Source of the DNA: a virus
Taxonomy: Duplodnaviria > Caudoviricetes
Reading direction: 5' to 3' (one strand)
Length of the DNA stretch: 29,119 bases
IMG/VR virus record: IMGVR_UViG_3300020388_000050
Location: 1-29,119 of that record
Notes under the pieces: model-generated
Databases searched by the model: none
The model's input: the letters and a program-made list of their open reading frames with translations, nothing else
Told to the model about the DNA's origin: nothing
Program-made: the position numbers and the translations under genes
Part shown: positions 1 to 8,939 of the stretch, piece by piece
Numbering within the stretch: the first letter of the stretch is position 1
How the letters are laid out: the number at the start of each line of letters is the position of its first letter

Positions 1-246
1 TGCATTTTCATTTGTTGCTTGTCTTAAAGCAAGTGTAGAAATATCATTAACAATTTTATTATCGTCAAAAGATGATGCGTGTTGAGATACTGCACTAGCA
101 GGTATTCTTGCGTCAGGTATTGAACCTGAAGTTAAGTTACTTGCACTTAGATTTGTTAAATCAACAGCTGGTACGTTATCTAAATGTGTAGATTTAACGT
201 CTCCGTTATCATCTAATAAATCTGCTATTTTTCTATTTTTACTCAT
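1..246 (-). CDS. Partial (5' part) putative accessory tail fibre / virion protein, runs off the window
   Basis: Not in the ORF track. ATG at 246, frame open to position 1: MSKNRKIADLLDDNGDVKSTHLDNVPAVDLTNLSASNLTSGSIPDARIP... It shares the SASNLTSGxIxxxRxP motif with the tail fibre at 2662-4869 and lies in the tail cluster. Confidence 0.7.
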   Translation of the reverse strand, partial: MSKNRKIADLLDDNGDVKSTHLDNVPAVDLTNLSASNLTSGSIPDARIPASAVSQHASSFDDNKIVNDISTLALRQATNENA

Positions 247-257
247 AATTTTTTACC

Positions 258-1313
258 TCACCTTCCGTTTGCTGGTACGTTGTTACTTCCTACTAAACTT
301 TGACCAATAGCTAAAGCCACATAAGTGTTTCCATAAGTGTGATTAATATTGCTTGTTGCACTAGCTCTAACTTTTATCCCATTAGAAAGTAGGTCACAGG
401 CATAGTCACCTGTTGTTGCTACAGCATTTGAGCTATGAGGATAAACTACTTTACCATTTGGATTGTATGGAGCATTATAAATATCTACTATTCCTTGTCT
501 GCCACCATTATTTGTATTCCATAATAAAAAGAATTTTGGAGCAAAACCACAATATAAAAATGGCGTATGTGTTGCTTCCCCACTTGTAGTCCAACTTAAT
601 ATTTTTTGATAACCAGTTATGTCAGCAAAACAATATGCTACAAAATCGTGACCATTTGCGTTCATGTGACTGTCATTTGATACTCTAAAATTTACTGTGT
701 CAGGTGTAAAACTTCCCCAAGCACCATTACTTGTACTCCAAGTATTACTATAACTAAGCCAACCTCTACCTTGATTACCTGCACCTTCTGAATAAACTTG
801 CCAATCTTCTGATAATCCGAGAGACTTTACCCAAATCATTTTTGGAGCTTTTCCCAAACCATGTGGTATATAAGCACCATCTACTCCATTACCTGCCCAT
901 TTTATAATACTCATTCCATTCGTTTGATTAAAATTATAATAAGATGGTGTAATTGATGTTGTTCCGTTAGTCGTAATTCCTGATGTTGCTCCACCTTTCC
1001 AAAGATAATTAATGTGACTTTTTCCACTTTGGTTCATAGAACCATCACCTAATGTGTAACCATCACTATCAAAACTTTTAAGTAAAGTTGCATCTGTACC
1101 TTCTGCACTACTGCTACTAGGATAAATTCTTTTTGTAACACCTCTAACGCTATCAATAAAATAATGATTAGTTCCACTATCTGTAATATTTTTTGACCAT
1201 ATAATTGATGGTTGATGACCAACTCCAGTAATTGCTGTGTTATCAGTTGCATTACCAGTATGTTGCTTTACTGCAAATTGTGATGTGTAATTTGAAATTG
1301 TTGTGTATGCCAT
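258..1313 (-). CDS. Putative virion/tail-associated beta-rich repeat protein (marine phage MAYTTI family)
   Basis: 351 aa, G/S/T/N-rich, with three internal repeat units (GVGHQPSIIWSK, HGLGKAPKMIWVK, CGFAPKFFLLWN). TAATG-coupled to the upstream LamG gene. Confidence 0.6.
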   Translation of the reverse strand: MAYTTISNYTSQFAVKQHTGNATDNTAITGVGHQPSIIWSKNITDSGTNHYFIDSVRGVTKRIYPSSSSAEGTDATLLKSFDSDGYTLGDGSMNQSGKSHINYLWKGGATSGITTNGTTSITPSYYNFNQTNGMSIIKWAGNGVDGAYIPHGLGKAPKMIWVKSLGLSEDWQVYSEGAGNQGRGWLSYSNTWSTSNGAWGSFTPDTVNFRVSNDSHMNANGHDFVAYCFADITGYQKILSWTTSGEATHTPFLYCGFAPKFFLLWNTNNGGRQGIVDIYNAPYNPNGKVVYPHSSNAVATTGDYACDLLSNGIKVRASATSNINHTYGNTYVALAIGQSLVGSNNVPANGR

Positions 1314-2662
1314 TATTCGTTCATTCCTAAAGTTGTTAAGGCACTATAGCCTGTCGGTGGTTGATAATTAAATTTAGATTTGCCTTCTGCTCCTGCATAT
1401 CCATTTCCACTATTTGTTGTTATTGCTGTCGAAACAAAAACTCCGTTCCCAAAATTATAAGCAGGTTTATCAGAACCATATTTTGTTTCAGAATGAGGAG
1501 CATAAGTTAAACCTGCTGTAACTGGTAAAGCTCCAGTTTTACTTGCACCACTTGTCGGGTCTCCACTATTTAACCAACTTCCATTTTTTCCAACATATAA
1601 TGCTCCATTACTATTATCTAAAGCAAACATTAAAATATCGTTTGTTGTGTATGAAGATGCCCAAGAAGTATTACTAACTGTGCTTCCATTATTCTTAAAA
1701 CTTCCATCATTTTTCCACCCATAACAATCTGAGCTATCACTAGCTTGTACATTATTTGCTTCCTGTGAAATATTATCTAAATTTACTATTCCATGTAATT
1801 GACAAAAAGATGAACCCCAAACACCTATACATTTAATTTCCCAATAAATTTTACTTGTTGGGGGAATTGCTAGAGTTGTAGGTGTCGTTGTCCAAGAATT
1901 AGGAGATTGACTATAAATGTGAGTATTGCCATTAGTAATTGTTAATACACTACTTGATGGTTGTAATACATTTAATGTAGCAAAGTTATTACTAGGATTA
2001 TCTAAAGTTTGTGTAATAGTACCTGTTGTTGTGAGAGATAAATTATTGTCGCCACTATCTAAATCCATATTAGCAGAATTTTCAAATTTAAGATGACAAG
2101 AGTTTCCACCATTTCCACCATAATTTATTGTTGGTGAAGTTTTTGGTTTCCATTGACCAGTAGTTGCATCTGTTTCACCAAAAGTAGAAGCTGGATGTAT
2201 ATAACCTTGAATATAATATAAATCTGCTAAACAACCATTTAGATAATATGACGAACCAAACTGTACTCCTATTTCGAAATTCCAAGCATTAAACCAACCT
2301 ATATCAGCATTTTGTGATGGTGTTGTATTATATTGCAAACTTGTTTGTTCTTCACCATTAACATAAATTTTAACTTCAGGTGTAGATAAACTGACATCAA
2401 CTGTTGCAACTAGATGATACCAAGCTCCAACATCAGAAAAAGTTCTGTTTGTTGTATATCTCATAACATAAGAACCACCAATATAAGATGCAAATTGTAA
2501 TTTGTTTGCACCATTAAAATAAAACATAGCCCAATTAGAACCATCATTAGTATTACCGATAACTGATTCTTCTCCTGTACTTGACCTTTTAAGCCAATAA
2601 GAAATAGTTAATTTTTTTTCTGAACTTGCTGATGATGTTCTTGTAATTTTTGTTGAAGCCAT
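1313..2662 (-). CDS. Tail-associated protein with concanavalin A/LamG-like and SPRY-like domains (putative receptor-binding protein)
   Basis: N-half has LamG motifs (TISYWLKR, WYHLVAT, KIYVNG, LNGCLAD). C-half has SPRY-like motifs (KIYWEIK, DILMFALD, LYVGKNGSW). Directly downstream of the tail fibre. Confidence 0.75.
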   Translation of the reverse strand: MASTKITRTSSASSEKKLTISYWLKRSSTGEESVIGNTNDGSNWAMFYFNGANKLQFASYIGGSYVMRYTTNRTFSDVGAWYHLVATVDVSLSTPEVKIYVNGEEQTSLQYNTTPSQNADIGWFNAWNFEIGVQFGSSYYLNGCLADLYYIQGYIHPASTFGETDATTGQWKPKTSPTINYGGNGGNSCHLKFENSANMDLDSGDNNLSLTTTGTITQTLDNPSNNFATLNVLQPSSSVLTITNGNTHIYSQSPNSWTTTPTTLAIPPTSKIYWEIKCIGVWGSSFCQLHGIVNLDNISQEANNVQASDSSDCYGWKNDGSFKNNGSTVSNTSWASSYTTNDILMFALDNSNGALYVGKNGSWLNSGDPTSGASKTGALPVTAGLTYAPHSETKYGSDKPAYNFGNGVFVSTAITTNSGNGYAGAEGKSKFNYQPPTGYSALTTLGMNE

Positions 2663-4869
2663 TAATTAAATTGTCCCCCGTTTGATAATCCAAAGCTAGA
2701 AGTAAAACTAAAAGCTCTGTCTGTTGTTTGATTTTCTGCATCAGTTATTCTGATTGTAAAATTTGTTAAAGTTGCGGTTGTGCTACTTCCGCCAAAATCT
2801 GTTGTCTCTAATGCACCAGTTGATGAATTAAGAGTTACGTTGGCAGTTGCTAAATTTGAGCCAACTTCTGAAAATGTAATTGCACTATCTGATGAACCTG
2901 TAATCGTAGCTAATGTTCCTGAAGAATTACCTGCAAAAGTTCCTAATGAGCCTGCGTTTATTGTAAACGAAGGTGCTGTAGATGCCGTTAAAATATTATT
3001 TGTACTTCTTCCTGCGTTACCATCAGGATTTTCTACTCTTACATAGTAATTACCTGATGCTAAAGTTACATTTACTGAAAGCGTTGTAGCATTTGTAAAT
3101 GAAACTGTATTAGCAAGTGTAACTGAGCCATCTGTTTTTATAAACTCAACTATTGGTATTGATACAAAATTTGCTCCTGTAATATTAATCGTTGTAGCTG
3201 TTGCAGGTGCAATCGTTTGAGAAACATCTGCTACTGTTGGTACTACTGGTTGAGGTACTTCTGCAAAAGATAAGTTACCTGAACCATCTGTTTTAAGATA
3301 ATAACCATTAGTAATACTTTGAGGTAAAGTTAAAGTATAACTTTGACCTGCTGAATGTGGTGGTGATTTAATTTTTACACCATGTGAATTTTGTGAGCAG
3401 TTTAATTGAATAGCACCGTCTGTAGAAGAACCATCACCTTTAACTGTTAATACTGGTGAAGGTAATCTGTCTCCATTAATTGTGCCTGACGTTAAATTAC
3501 TTGCACTAAATGAAGCTAAGTTAAATGTACCATACGCCACGACTTGTAAAATATCATTAACTGAAGCACCACTAGCTAATACTATTGAAGTACCATTAGT
3601 TGCTGTAAAATCTGTTGTATCTAATTTAACACCATTTAAATAAATATCTGCAAAAGCTGTTCCTGACGCAACGTCATAAGTTAATGATGTTCCTGCGTCA
3701 TCTGTGGTAAATGTGGTTTGACCTGCTGTTGCAGTAAATTTAAATCTTTGTGATGTTCCATTTACACTTGACCCTGCAAGTGCATATGACGAACCATCAA
3801 AAACTTTTAGCTTTCCTGCCGTTTGGTCAAAAACGAGGTCACCCACATCATTATTTGATGAAGGTACTCCTGCTTGTACTCTGTATCTTTCTGCAAAACT
3901 ATTTACTCCAGATAAATTTGTAGCAACTGTATTTACATTTGCAATTGATCCACCTGTTAAATTTACATTAGCAATATTTGTTGCAACAGTGCCTAAATTA
4001 TTAGAACCATTTATATCACTAGCAATAGTTGTAATATTTGAGTTAGCTCCTGCAACTGTCGCTATGTTATTTGTTGGAGAAATTTGACCCGCAACAGTAT
4101 TTACATTTGTTTGGTTTGTAGATGAAAGTTGAACTTGTACCCATTGTGTATTTGATAAATCGTAAACTTTTAATAAATTATTTCCCGTGTCCCAGTATAG
4201 AGCTCCGTCTTGTAAAGTATTTCCATCATTATCAACAGAAGGGTTACTTGATTTAGCTCCTAAAAATCTATCGTCAAACGTATCATAAATAGTTTGTACT
4301 TGTGTTAATGCAGATTGTGCACTTGTGTTTGCAGTTTCAGCACTTGTTTTTGCTGTTTCAGCAGCCGTCTTTGCTGTTTCAGCAGCAGTCTTATAAGTAT
4401 TAACTGTAGAAACATCTGCCGCTAATTTTGTATCAACATAATTTTTAGTAGCCGCCCCTTGATTAGTTGTCGGGTCAGTTACATTTATAATCTTTTTATT
4501 ATCTGCGTCCCACTCATCACTACCTGTAAGACCAATAGTATTTTCTGTAACATCAATAGCTTCTTGTGCCATGAAGAAACTTTGGTTTCCATCTTGGTCA
4601 AGAGTAGCTTCTGTAAGTGTAGATCCATCTTGGTAATCTACAAGTCTAGCTGTTCTATTAGATGATCTAGTAAATTTTATAACTACACCTGACGCAGGTG
4701 CAGTTGAAAATGTAATTGTAGAAGAACTTGCAAACGTATAATCTGATGTTAAATTTTTAGTAACACCATCAAGTGTTACAACTACGTGTGCTTTTTCAAT
4801 GTAAGGGAAAGTAACACTGTAAGTTGTCGTGCTTCCATTTCCTGTGTATGTATCTATTGCAAACGCCAT
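2662..4869 (-). CDS. gp17: Tail fibre protein with T7 gp17-like N-terminal attachment domain
   Basis: N-terminus YTGNGSTTTYSVTFPY...LVDYQDGSTLTEATLD...FFMAQEA...ATKNYVD is the T7 tail-fibre N-domain pattern. It is followed by heptad repeats, NVxTVA repeats and Ig-like C-terminal domains. Position after gp16. Confidence 0.9.
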   Translation of the reverse strand: MAFAIDTYTGNGSTTTYSVTFPYIEKAHVVVTLDGVTKNLTSDYTFASSSTITFSTAPASGVVIKFTRSSNRTARLVDYQDGSTLTEATLDQDGNQSFFMAQEAIDVTENTIGLTGSDEWDADNKKIINVTDPTTNQGAATKNYVDTKLAADVSTVNTYKTAAETAKTAAETAKTSAETANTSAQSALTQVQTIYDTFDDRFLGAKSSNPSVDNDGNTLQDGALYWDTGNNLLKVYDLSNTQWVQVQLSSTNQTNVNTVAGQISPTNNIATVAGANSNITTIASDINGSNNLGTVATNIANVNLTGGSIANVNTVATNLSGVNSFAERYRVQAGVPSSNNDVGDLVFDQTAGKLKVFDGSSYALAGSSVNGTSQRFKFTATAGQTTFTTDDAGTSLTYDVASGTAFADIYLNGVKLDTTDFTATNGTSIVLASGASVNDILQVVAYGTFNLASFSASNLTSGTINGDRLPSPVLTVKGDGSSTDGAIQLNCSQNSHGVKIKSPPHSAGQSYTLTLPQSITNGYYLKTDGSGNLSFAEVPQPVVPTVADVSQTIAPATATTINITGANFVSIPIVEFIKTDGSVTLANTVSFTNATTLSVNVTLASGNYYVRVENPDGNAGRSTNNILTASTAPSFTINAGSLGTFAGNSSGTLATITGSSDSAITFSEVGSNLATANVTLNSSTGALETTDFGGSSTTATLTNFTIRITDAENQTTDRAFSFTSSFGLSNGGQFN
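4327..4389 (-). repeat. 3 x 21-bp imperfect tandem repeat encoding heptads TAAETAK-TAAETAK-TSAETAN
   Basis: + strand units gtttgcagtttcagcacttgt / ttttgctgtttcagcagccgt / ctttgctgtttcagcagcagt. Confidence 0.9.
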
Positions 4870-4871
4870 AT

Positions 4872-7800
4872 TTAATATAAACTCCTAGCTCCTTTGTCAG
4901 GTAATCCTGAATTATCTCTAATAAAATTAAGTACTTGATTTATTCCATATAAGTTTTGATAAGGAAGTATTCTCATCATTCTATTAAAATCCCCTTTACT
5001 AAATTGATAATCTGTTGTTGCCGCTTTTAAGCCCGCACCTAATGTAGGAAATAATTTTCCAAATACTAAATCGTATGTTGGGTTTCCTGTAATTAGATTC
5101 ATTTCTGCTCCTGATGATCTTGTATTAAATCTATGTTCAGGTGCTACTTGTCCTGTAATCATATCCATAAAAGGAGGCATCACAGAAGACCAGCCTGCTC
5201 TTTGGAAAGCGGCTCTTGCTACTTTACTGTAGTCACCTCTTTCACCAAGTCTTTTCTTAATATACTTTTTCTTTTCAGTATTAGACATACCTATAGTGTT
5301 GAAGTGAACTTGTGCGGTATATGCTAAACCACCAATCATTGTAGTAAAGACAAACATATTAAAAGTTTGTGCGTCCATCATTGCAACATTATGTAAAAAC
5401 TGTTTGTTCCAAGCATTCATAATGAATTGCCTAAACTGAGAAAATGTTTTTCCTAATGTGTTGTCAGTAAAGAATCTACTTGTATCTCCAATATGATTGT
5501 ACTGAACAGAACGTCTTGTAAACCTATTAACTGCTACTGCAAATCTTTTAACTAACTCTTGATCTTTCATAGCAACAAAATCAAAACTTAAAACTCTATA
5601 ACCTAAAGCATTTTTTGTTTTAACAACTTTAGAACTATTAAATTCTTTTGCTAATGCAACCAAATCACTATCACTCAATCCTAAAACTCGGTATCTATTT
5701 AATTTACCTTTAGATAAACTTTTTAAAACATTACCTTTAGCTCCAATTAAATCTTCGGCCATATTATTTACAAAGCCACGCATAGCTATTTTTCTTTGTA
5801 TGCTATCAATATGTAATAATCCTGATGAGTAACCTGTAATTTTTTCTGCCGCACCTGCTTGTGCTTTTGAAAGAATAGCACCTTTTTGAAAATCTGATTT
5901 TGCGGCACCTCTATCTAACACTTCTAAAGATTGGTGTAATCTATATAAATGATCATCTCCATTAGATGCACCAATAACAGCAAGATCTTTTCTAAATGTA
6001 TCAGGTAATTTACCTGCGGCCGCATCATCAAAAAGTTTTCTTAATGCAGGCATTTCATTAAGCATTGTTCTTAAACCAATTTGTGCAGTAACAACTCCAA
6101 ACTCAGGAAGCTGTGCAATACCTACTTGGTTTAGTACCCTAATAAAATTAAATCTTCTTAAATCTCTTAACCACGCTTGATAACCTGAAGATGGATCTCC
6201 GCCCTCTGTAGAACGTCCCATAAGATTATTAAAGAAACTATCTATAACTTTTTCTTCTTCTTTAATAGCTACATTATCAATATTTCTATTTTGAATGTTA
6301 ACAATTTGTCTTCCAACACCTAGTTTCTTTTGATCTCTGTATGAACTATTAATATCTCTTTTTATTTCGTTACTATACTTTAACCATTGGTTTCTACTTT
6401 TAACACCGAGTTTATCAGCTAAAGCATACCAACCTGACATTTCATTTGTATAAGAATGCCAAAGTAAATCTATGTCATTTTCAAACATTTCATCAAGTTT
6501 AACTTTTTGACCTGCCGCTTTACCTTTAGTTAAAACTTGTTCAAAGTTTTCATCTAATCTTATTCTTGCTTCAAATCTGCCTGATGTAATTAATTTTAAT
6601 TGATTTTGTAATCCATCAAATAATTCATTTCGTTGAGCATCATCTAAATTACCAAATACATCATCTATGTATTCTCTTAATAATTTTGGATCTCTAATTT
6701 TAACAAGTTGTTCAATATCAAAACCACCATATCTACTATTATATTTAGCCGCTTTCATTATAGCTTTAGCTAAAGCTTGTGCTTTTGTAATAGATATTTT
6801 TTCTGTTTTTGGTTTATCTTTACCTGTTTTAACTCTAATCTCTTGTGCTTCTGCAATAGGATTATCTAATCTATTTATAAGTGGTTGCTTTCTTGCGATA
6901 GCATTTGTAAGTAATTCTTCTATACCTTCTTCGCCAATTCTTCTTTCTAAATCAACAAAGCTATCAAAACTAACTTTTCTAGGAACATAATATCTACCAG
7001 TGTTAGCCGCTAAATCTTCTGCACCTTCAACACCAGCTTCTCTTAATTTGTTTACAAATAATTGAAAACCATCTGCATAAGCATTTGCACCCTTAACAAT
7101 ATTTGTATCGTTAAGTATTTCTAATTCATCTGAATTTCTAAGTTTAGCAGGCTTACTAAGAGCAATCATAGCTCTTTTAACTTTGTACATAAAATCTCTT
7201 TTATGACTAAACTGAAAGAAACCTTTAAGGTCACTTATCATACTACCACCATAACCTTTGGCTTTAAGATAACCTTTTACAGCATCATTAAGACCGCCTT
7301 TAGTATAAACAACGTTATGAGCTTCCATAACCATTGTATCTCTAATTATTTCTGTTGTAGGTGCTTGTGGTACAAAATCTTTTTGAATAATACCTGAATC
7401 TTTTGTTGCCCAACCAATAGGGTCTTCCATATTATCAAATGCAAATTTCTTTGCTAGTTTTGACATACTAGAACCTAATGATCCTGATCTAGTCATAGCT
7501 AGACCTAAAAATGGTAAATCTCTTGCAGTTGCAAAAGCAGGTTCTATAGCATCAATTTGATCTATCTCTTGCATCTCTTTTGTAAACTTTTTATTTTTAA
7601 GAGTATGCTTTACATTCTTAAATGTTGTTTCTTCTGCTTTCTTTGTAGGTATTAAACCATTTTCTAATAAGTCAGCTCTTTGAGTTGCAAGACCTACATT
7701 TTTTACAGATTTTGCAAATAATGCAGTTACTCCCCCTCCAAGAGTACCACCTAAAGCTGATGAGATAAGTATATCATTAAGACCCATTGTAGGGTTGTTA

Positions 7801-8939
7801 GCCGCTATTGGACTATATAAAGCACCTTCCATAGAGCCATAAGCTAATCCTGATTTAATAAAAGTTTTTCTTCTCGATAATCCTGTAAGAAAAGATTTAG
7901 CTTTCATTACTTTAGAGAGAGCTCCATAGCCTGTTAAATTTATAGGATCTAATAAAAATGTACCAAACTGTAATGCAATACCTTTCCAACCCATACTAGC
8001 TAACATCTCAGCATTCTTTTGGTGTCTTTGTGCTTTTTGTCCTAAGTACTCTAGGTGTCCAGTATTAAGAGCTCCTAAAAGCTCGTCCATGTAAGCACCT
8101 CTTAATTCATACTTTTTAATTGTATCTAAAAAATCTTGTTTGTTATTTTCGTAACTAAAACCATCTTCTTGAACAAATGTTTTATTAAAGAATAAATCAA
8201 AACCATTAGCAAATATTGTATTCTCTCTAATAGATGCTTTTACTGCGTGTGAAAATGTATTTTGATTAGCAATAAATTCTTGAAACTGACTGTGATTGTA
8301 TGCTTTATCTAAAAATAAACCTCTACTAACATCAGGTAATTCACTAAATAGATCTTTTTGTTTAGTTATATCTATTGGTGTAAACTTAGGAGTTTTTTTT
8401 TCGGTAGCTAATAAATCTGCTTCTTTGTTTCTTCTAGTGTTAAATTGATCTCCGAAGTTTCTTAAATTAGATTCAACAGCGTCCCAGTCTCCATCTCTAG
8501 CTTGTTTTATAAAATTCATTTCAGAACCATCTTTTCTTTTAAAAGCTGTTCCGTGTTGAAAACCAACAGACGCTACTGATGTAGCTTGTCCTATTGTTAA
8601 ATCATCAAAAGGTACTTTATGATCTTGACTTTCGTATGTTCTTTTAACTTGTTGTGCATACCAATTGTGACTTGCTTTATCTATTTCAGCTACTTGATCA
8701 TCAGTAATAGAAAAGTTTGTAGATGCTTCTTTAGCTTCATCACCAGACTTGCCAAAATAAGGCTGTAACACATCAATTGTTTCTGATGATATGCCCATTT
8801 CATTTAATAGATTTACATCTTTTTCTTTTAAATCAAATCCTGTAGCAACAGTTACACCTGAGTTATCACTAGGTACGTAAGCTTTATTTACTCCTTTACC
8901 TTCTAGGCTAGAAATAAATTCCCAATTTATGTTTTTCAT
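4872..8939 (-). CDS. gp16: Internal virion (ejectosome) protein D-like, with N-terminal pesticin-like muramidase domain
   Basis: 1355 aa and third of the gp14-15-16 block. N-terminus INWEFISSLEG...YVP...SGVTVATGFDL...FNTRRNKEADLL matches the pesticin/T4-lysozyme-like pattern. Confidence 0.85.
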   Translation of the reverse strand: MKNINWEFISSLEGKGVNKAYVPSDNSGVTVATGFDLKEKDVNLLNEMGISSETIDVLQPYFGKSGDEAKEASTNFSITDDQVAEIDKASHNWYAQQVKRTYESQDHKVPFDDLTIGQATSVASVGFQHGTAFKRKDGSEMNFIKQARDGDWDAVESNLRNFGDQFNTRRNKEADLLATEKKTPKFTPIDITKQKDLFSELPDVSRGLFLDKAYNHSQFQEFIANQNTFSHAVKASIRENTIFANGFDLFFNKTFVQEDGFSYENNKQDFLDTIKKYELRGAYMDELLGALNTGHLEYLGQKAQRHQKNAEMLASMGWKGIALQFGTFLLDPINLTGYGALSKVMKAKSFLTGLSRRKTFIKSGLAYGSMEGALYSPIAANNPTMGLNDILISSALGGTLGGGVTALFAKSVKNVGLATQRADLLENGLIPTKKAEETTFKNVKHTLKNKKFTKEMQEIDQIDAIEPAFATARDLPFLGLAMTRSGSLGSSMSKLAKKFAFDNMEDPIGWATKDSGIIQKDFVPQAPTTEIIRDTMVMEAHNVVYTKGGLNDAVKGYLKAKGYGGSMISDLKGFFQFSHKRDFMYKVKRAMIALSKPAKLRNSDELEILNDTNIVKGANAYADGFQLFVNKLREAGVEGAEDLAANTGRYYVPRKVSFDSFVDLERRIGEEGIEELLTNAIARKQPLINRLDNPIAEAQEIRVKTGKDKPKTEKISITKAQALAKAIMKAAKYNSRYGGFDIEQLVKIRDPKLLREYIDDVFGNLDDAQRNELFDGLQNQLKLITSGRFEARIRLDENFEQVLTKGKAAGQKVKLDEMFENDIDLLWHSYTNEMSGWYALADKLGVKSRNQWLKYSNEIKRDINSSYRDQKKLGVGRQIVNIQNRNIDNVAIKEEEKVIDSFFNNLMGRSTEGGDPSSGYQAWLRDLRRFNFIRVLNQVGIAQLPEFGVVTAQIGLRTMLNEMPALRKLFDDAAAGKLPDTFRKDLAVIGASNGDDHLYRLHQSLEVLDRGAAKSDFQKGAILSKAQAGAAEKITGYSSGLLHIDSIQRKIAMRGFVNNMAEDLIGAKGNVLKSLSKGKLNRYRVLGLSDSDLVALAKEFNSSKVVKTKNALGYRVLSFDFVAMKDQELVKRFAVAVNRFTRRSVQYNHIGDTSRFFTDNTLGKTFSQFRQFIMNAWNKQFLHNVAMMDAQTFNMFVFTTMIGGLAYTAQVHFNTIGMSNTEKKKYIKKRLGERGDYSKVARAAFQRAGWSSVMPPFMDMITGQVAPEHRFNTRSSGAEMNLITGNPTYDLVFGKLFPTLGAGLKAATTDYQFSKGDFNRMMRILPYQNLYGINQVLNFIRDNSGLPDKGARSLY

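Noticed and set aside
4327-4389. CRISPR-like array
   Set aside because: These are contiguous in-frame coding repeats with no spacers.
1-4869. Diversity-generating retroelement or invertible tail cassette
   Set aside because: No reverse transcriptase, invertase or adenine-specific TR/VR pair is visible. The shared motif is short and its differences are largely synonymous.
7737-7753. Promoter-like GGTACTCTTGGA inside gp16
   Set aside because: It is explained by the codons for GGTLGG, lacks the GC and AT-rich upstream part, and lies mid-gene.
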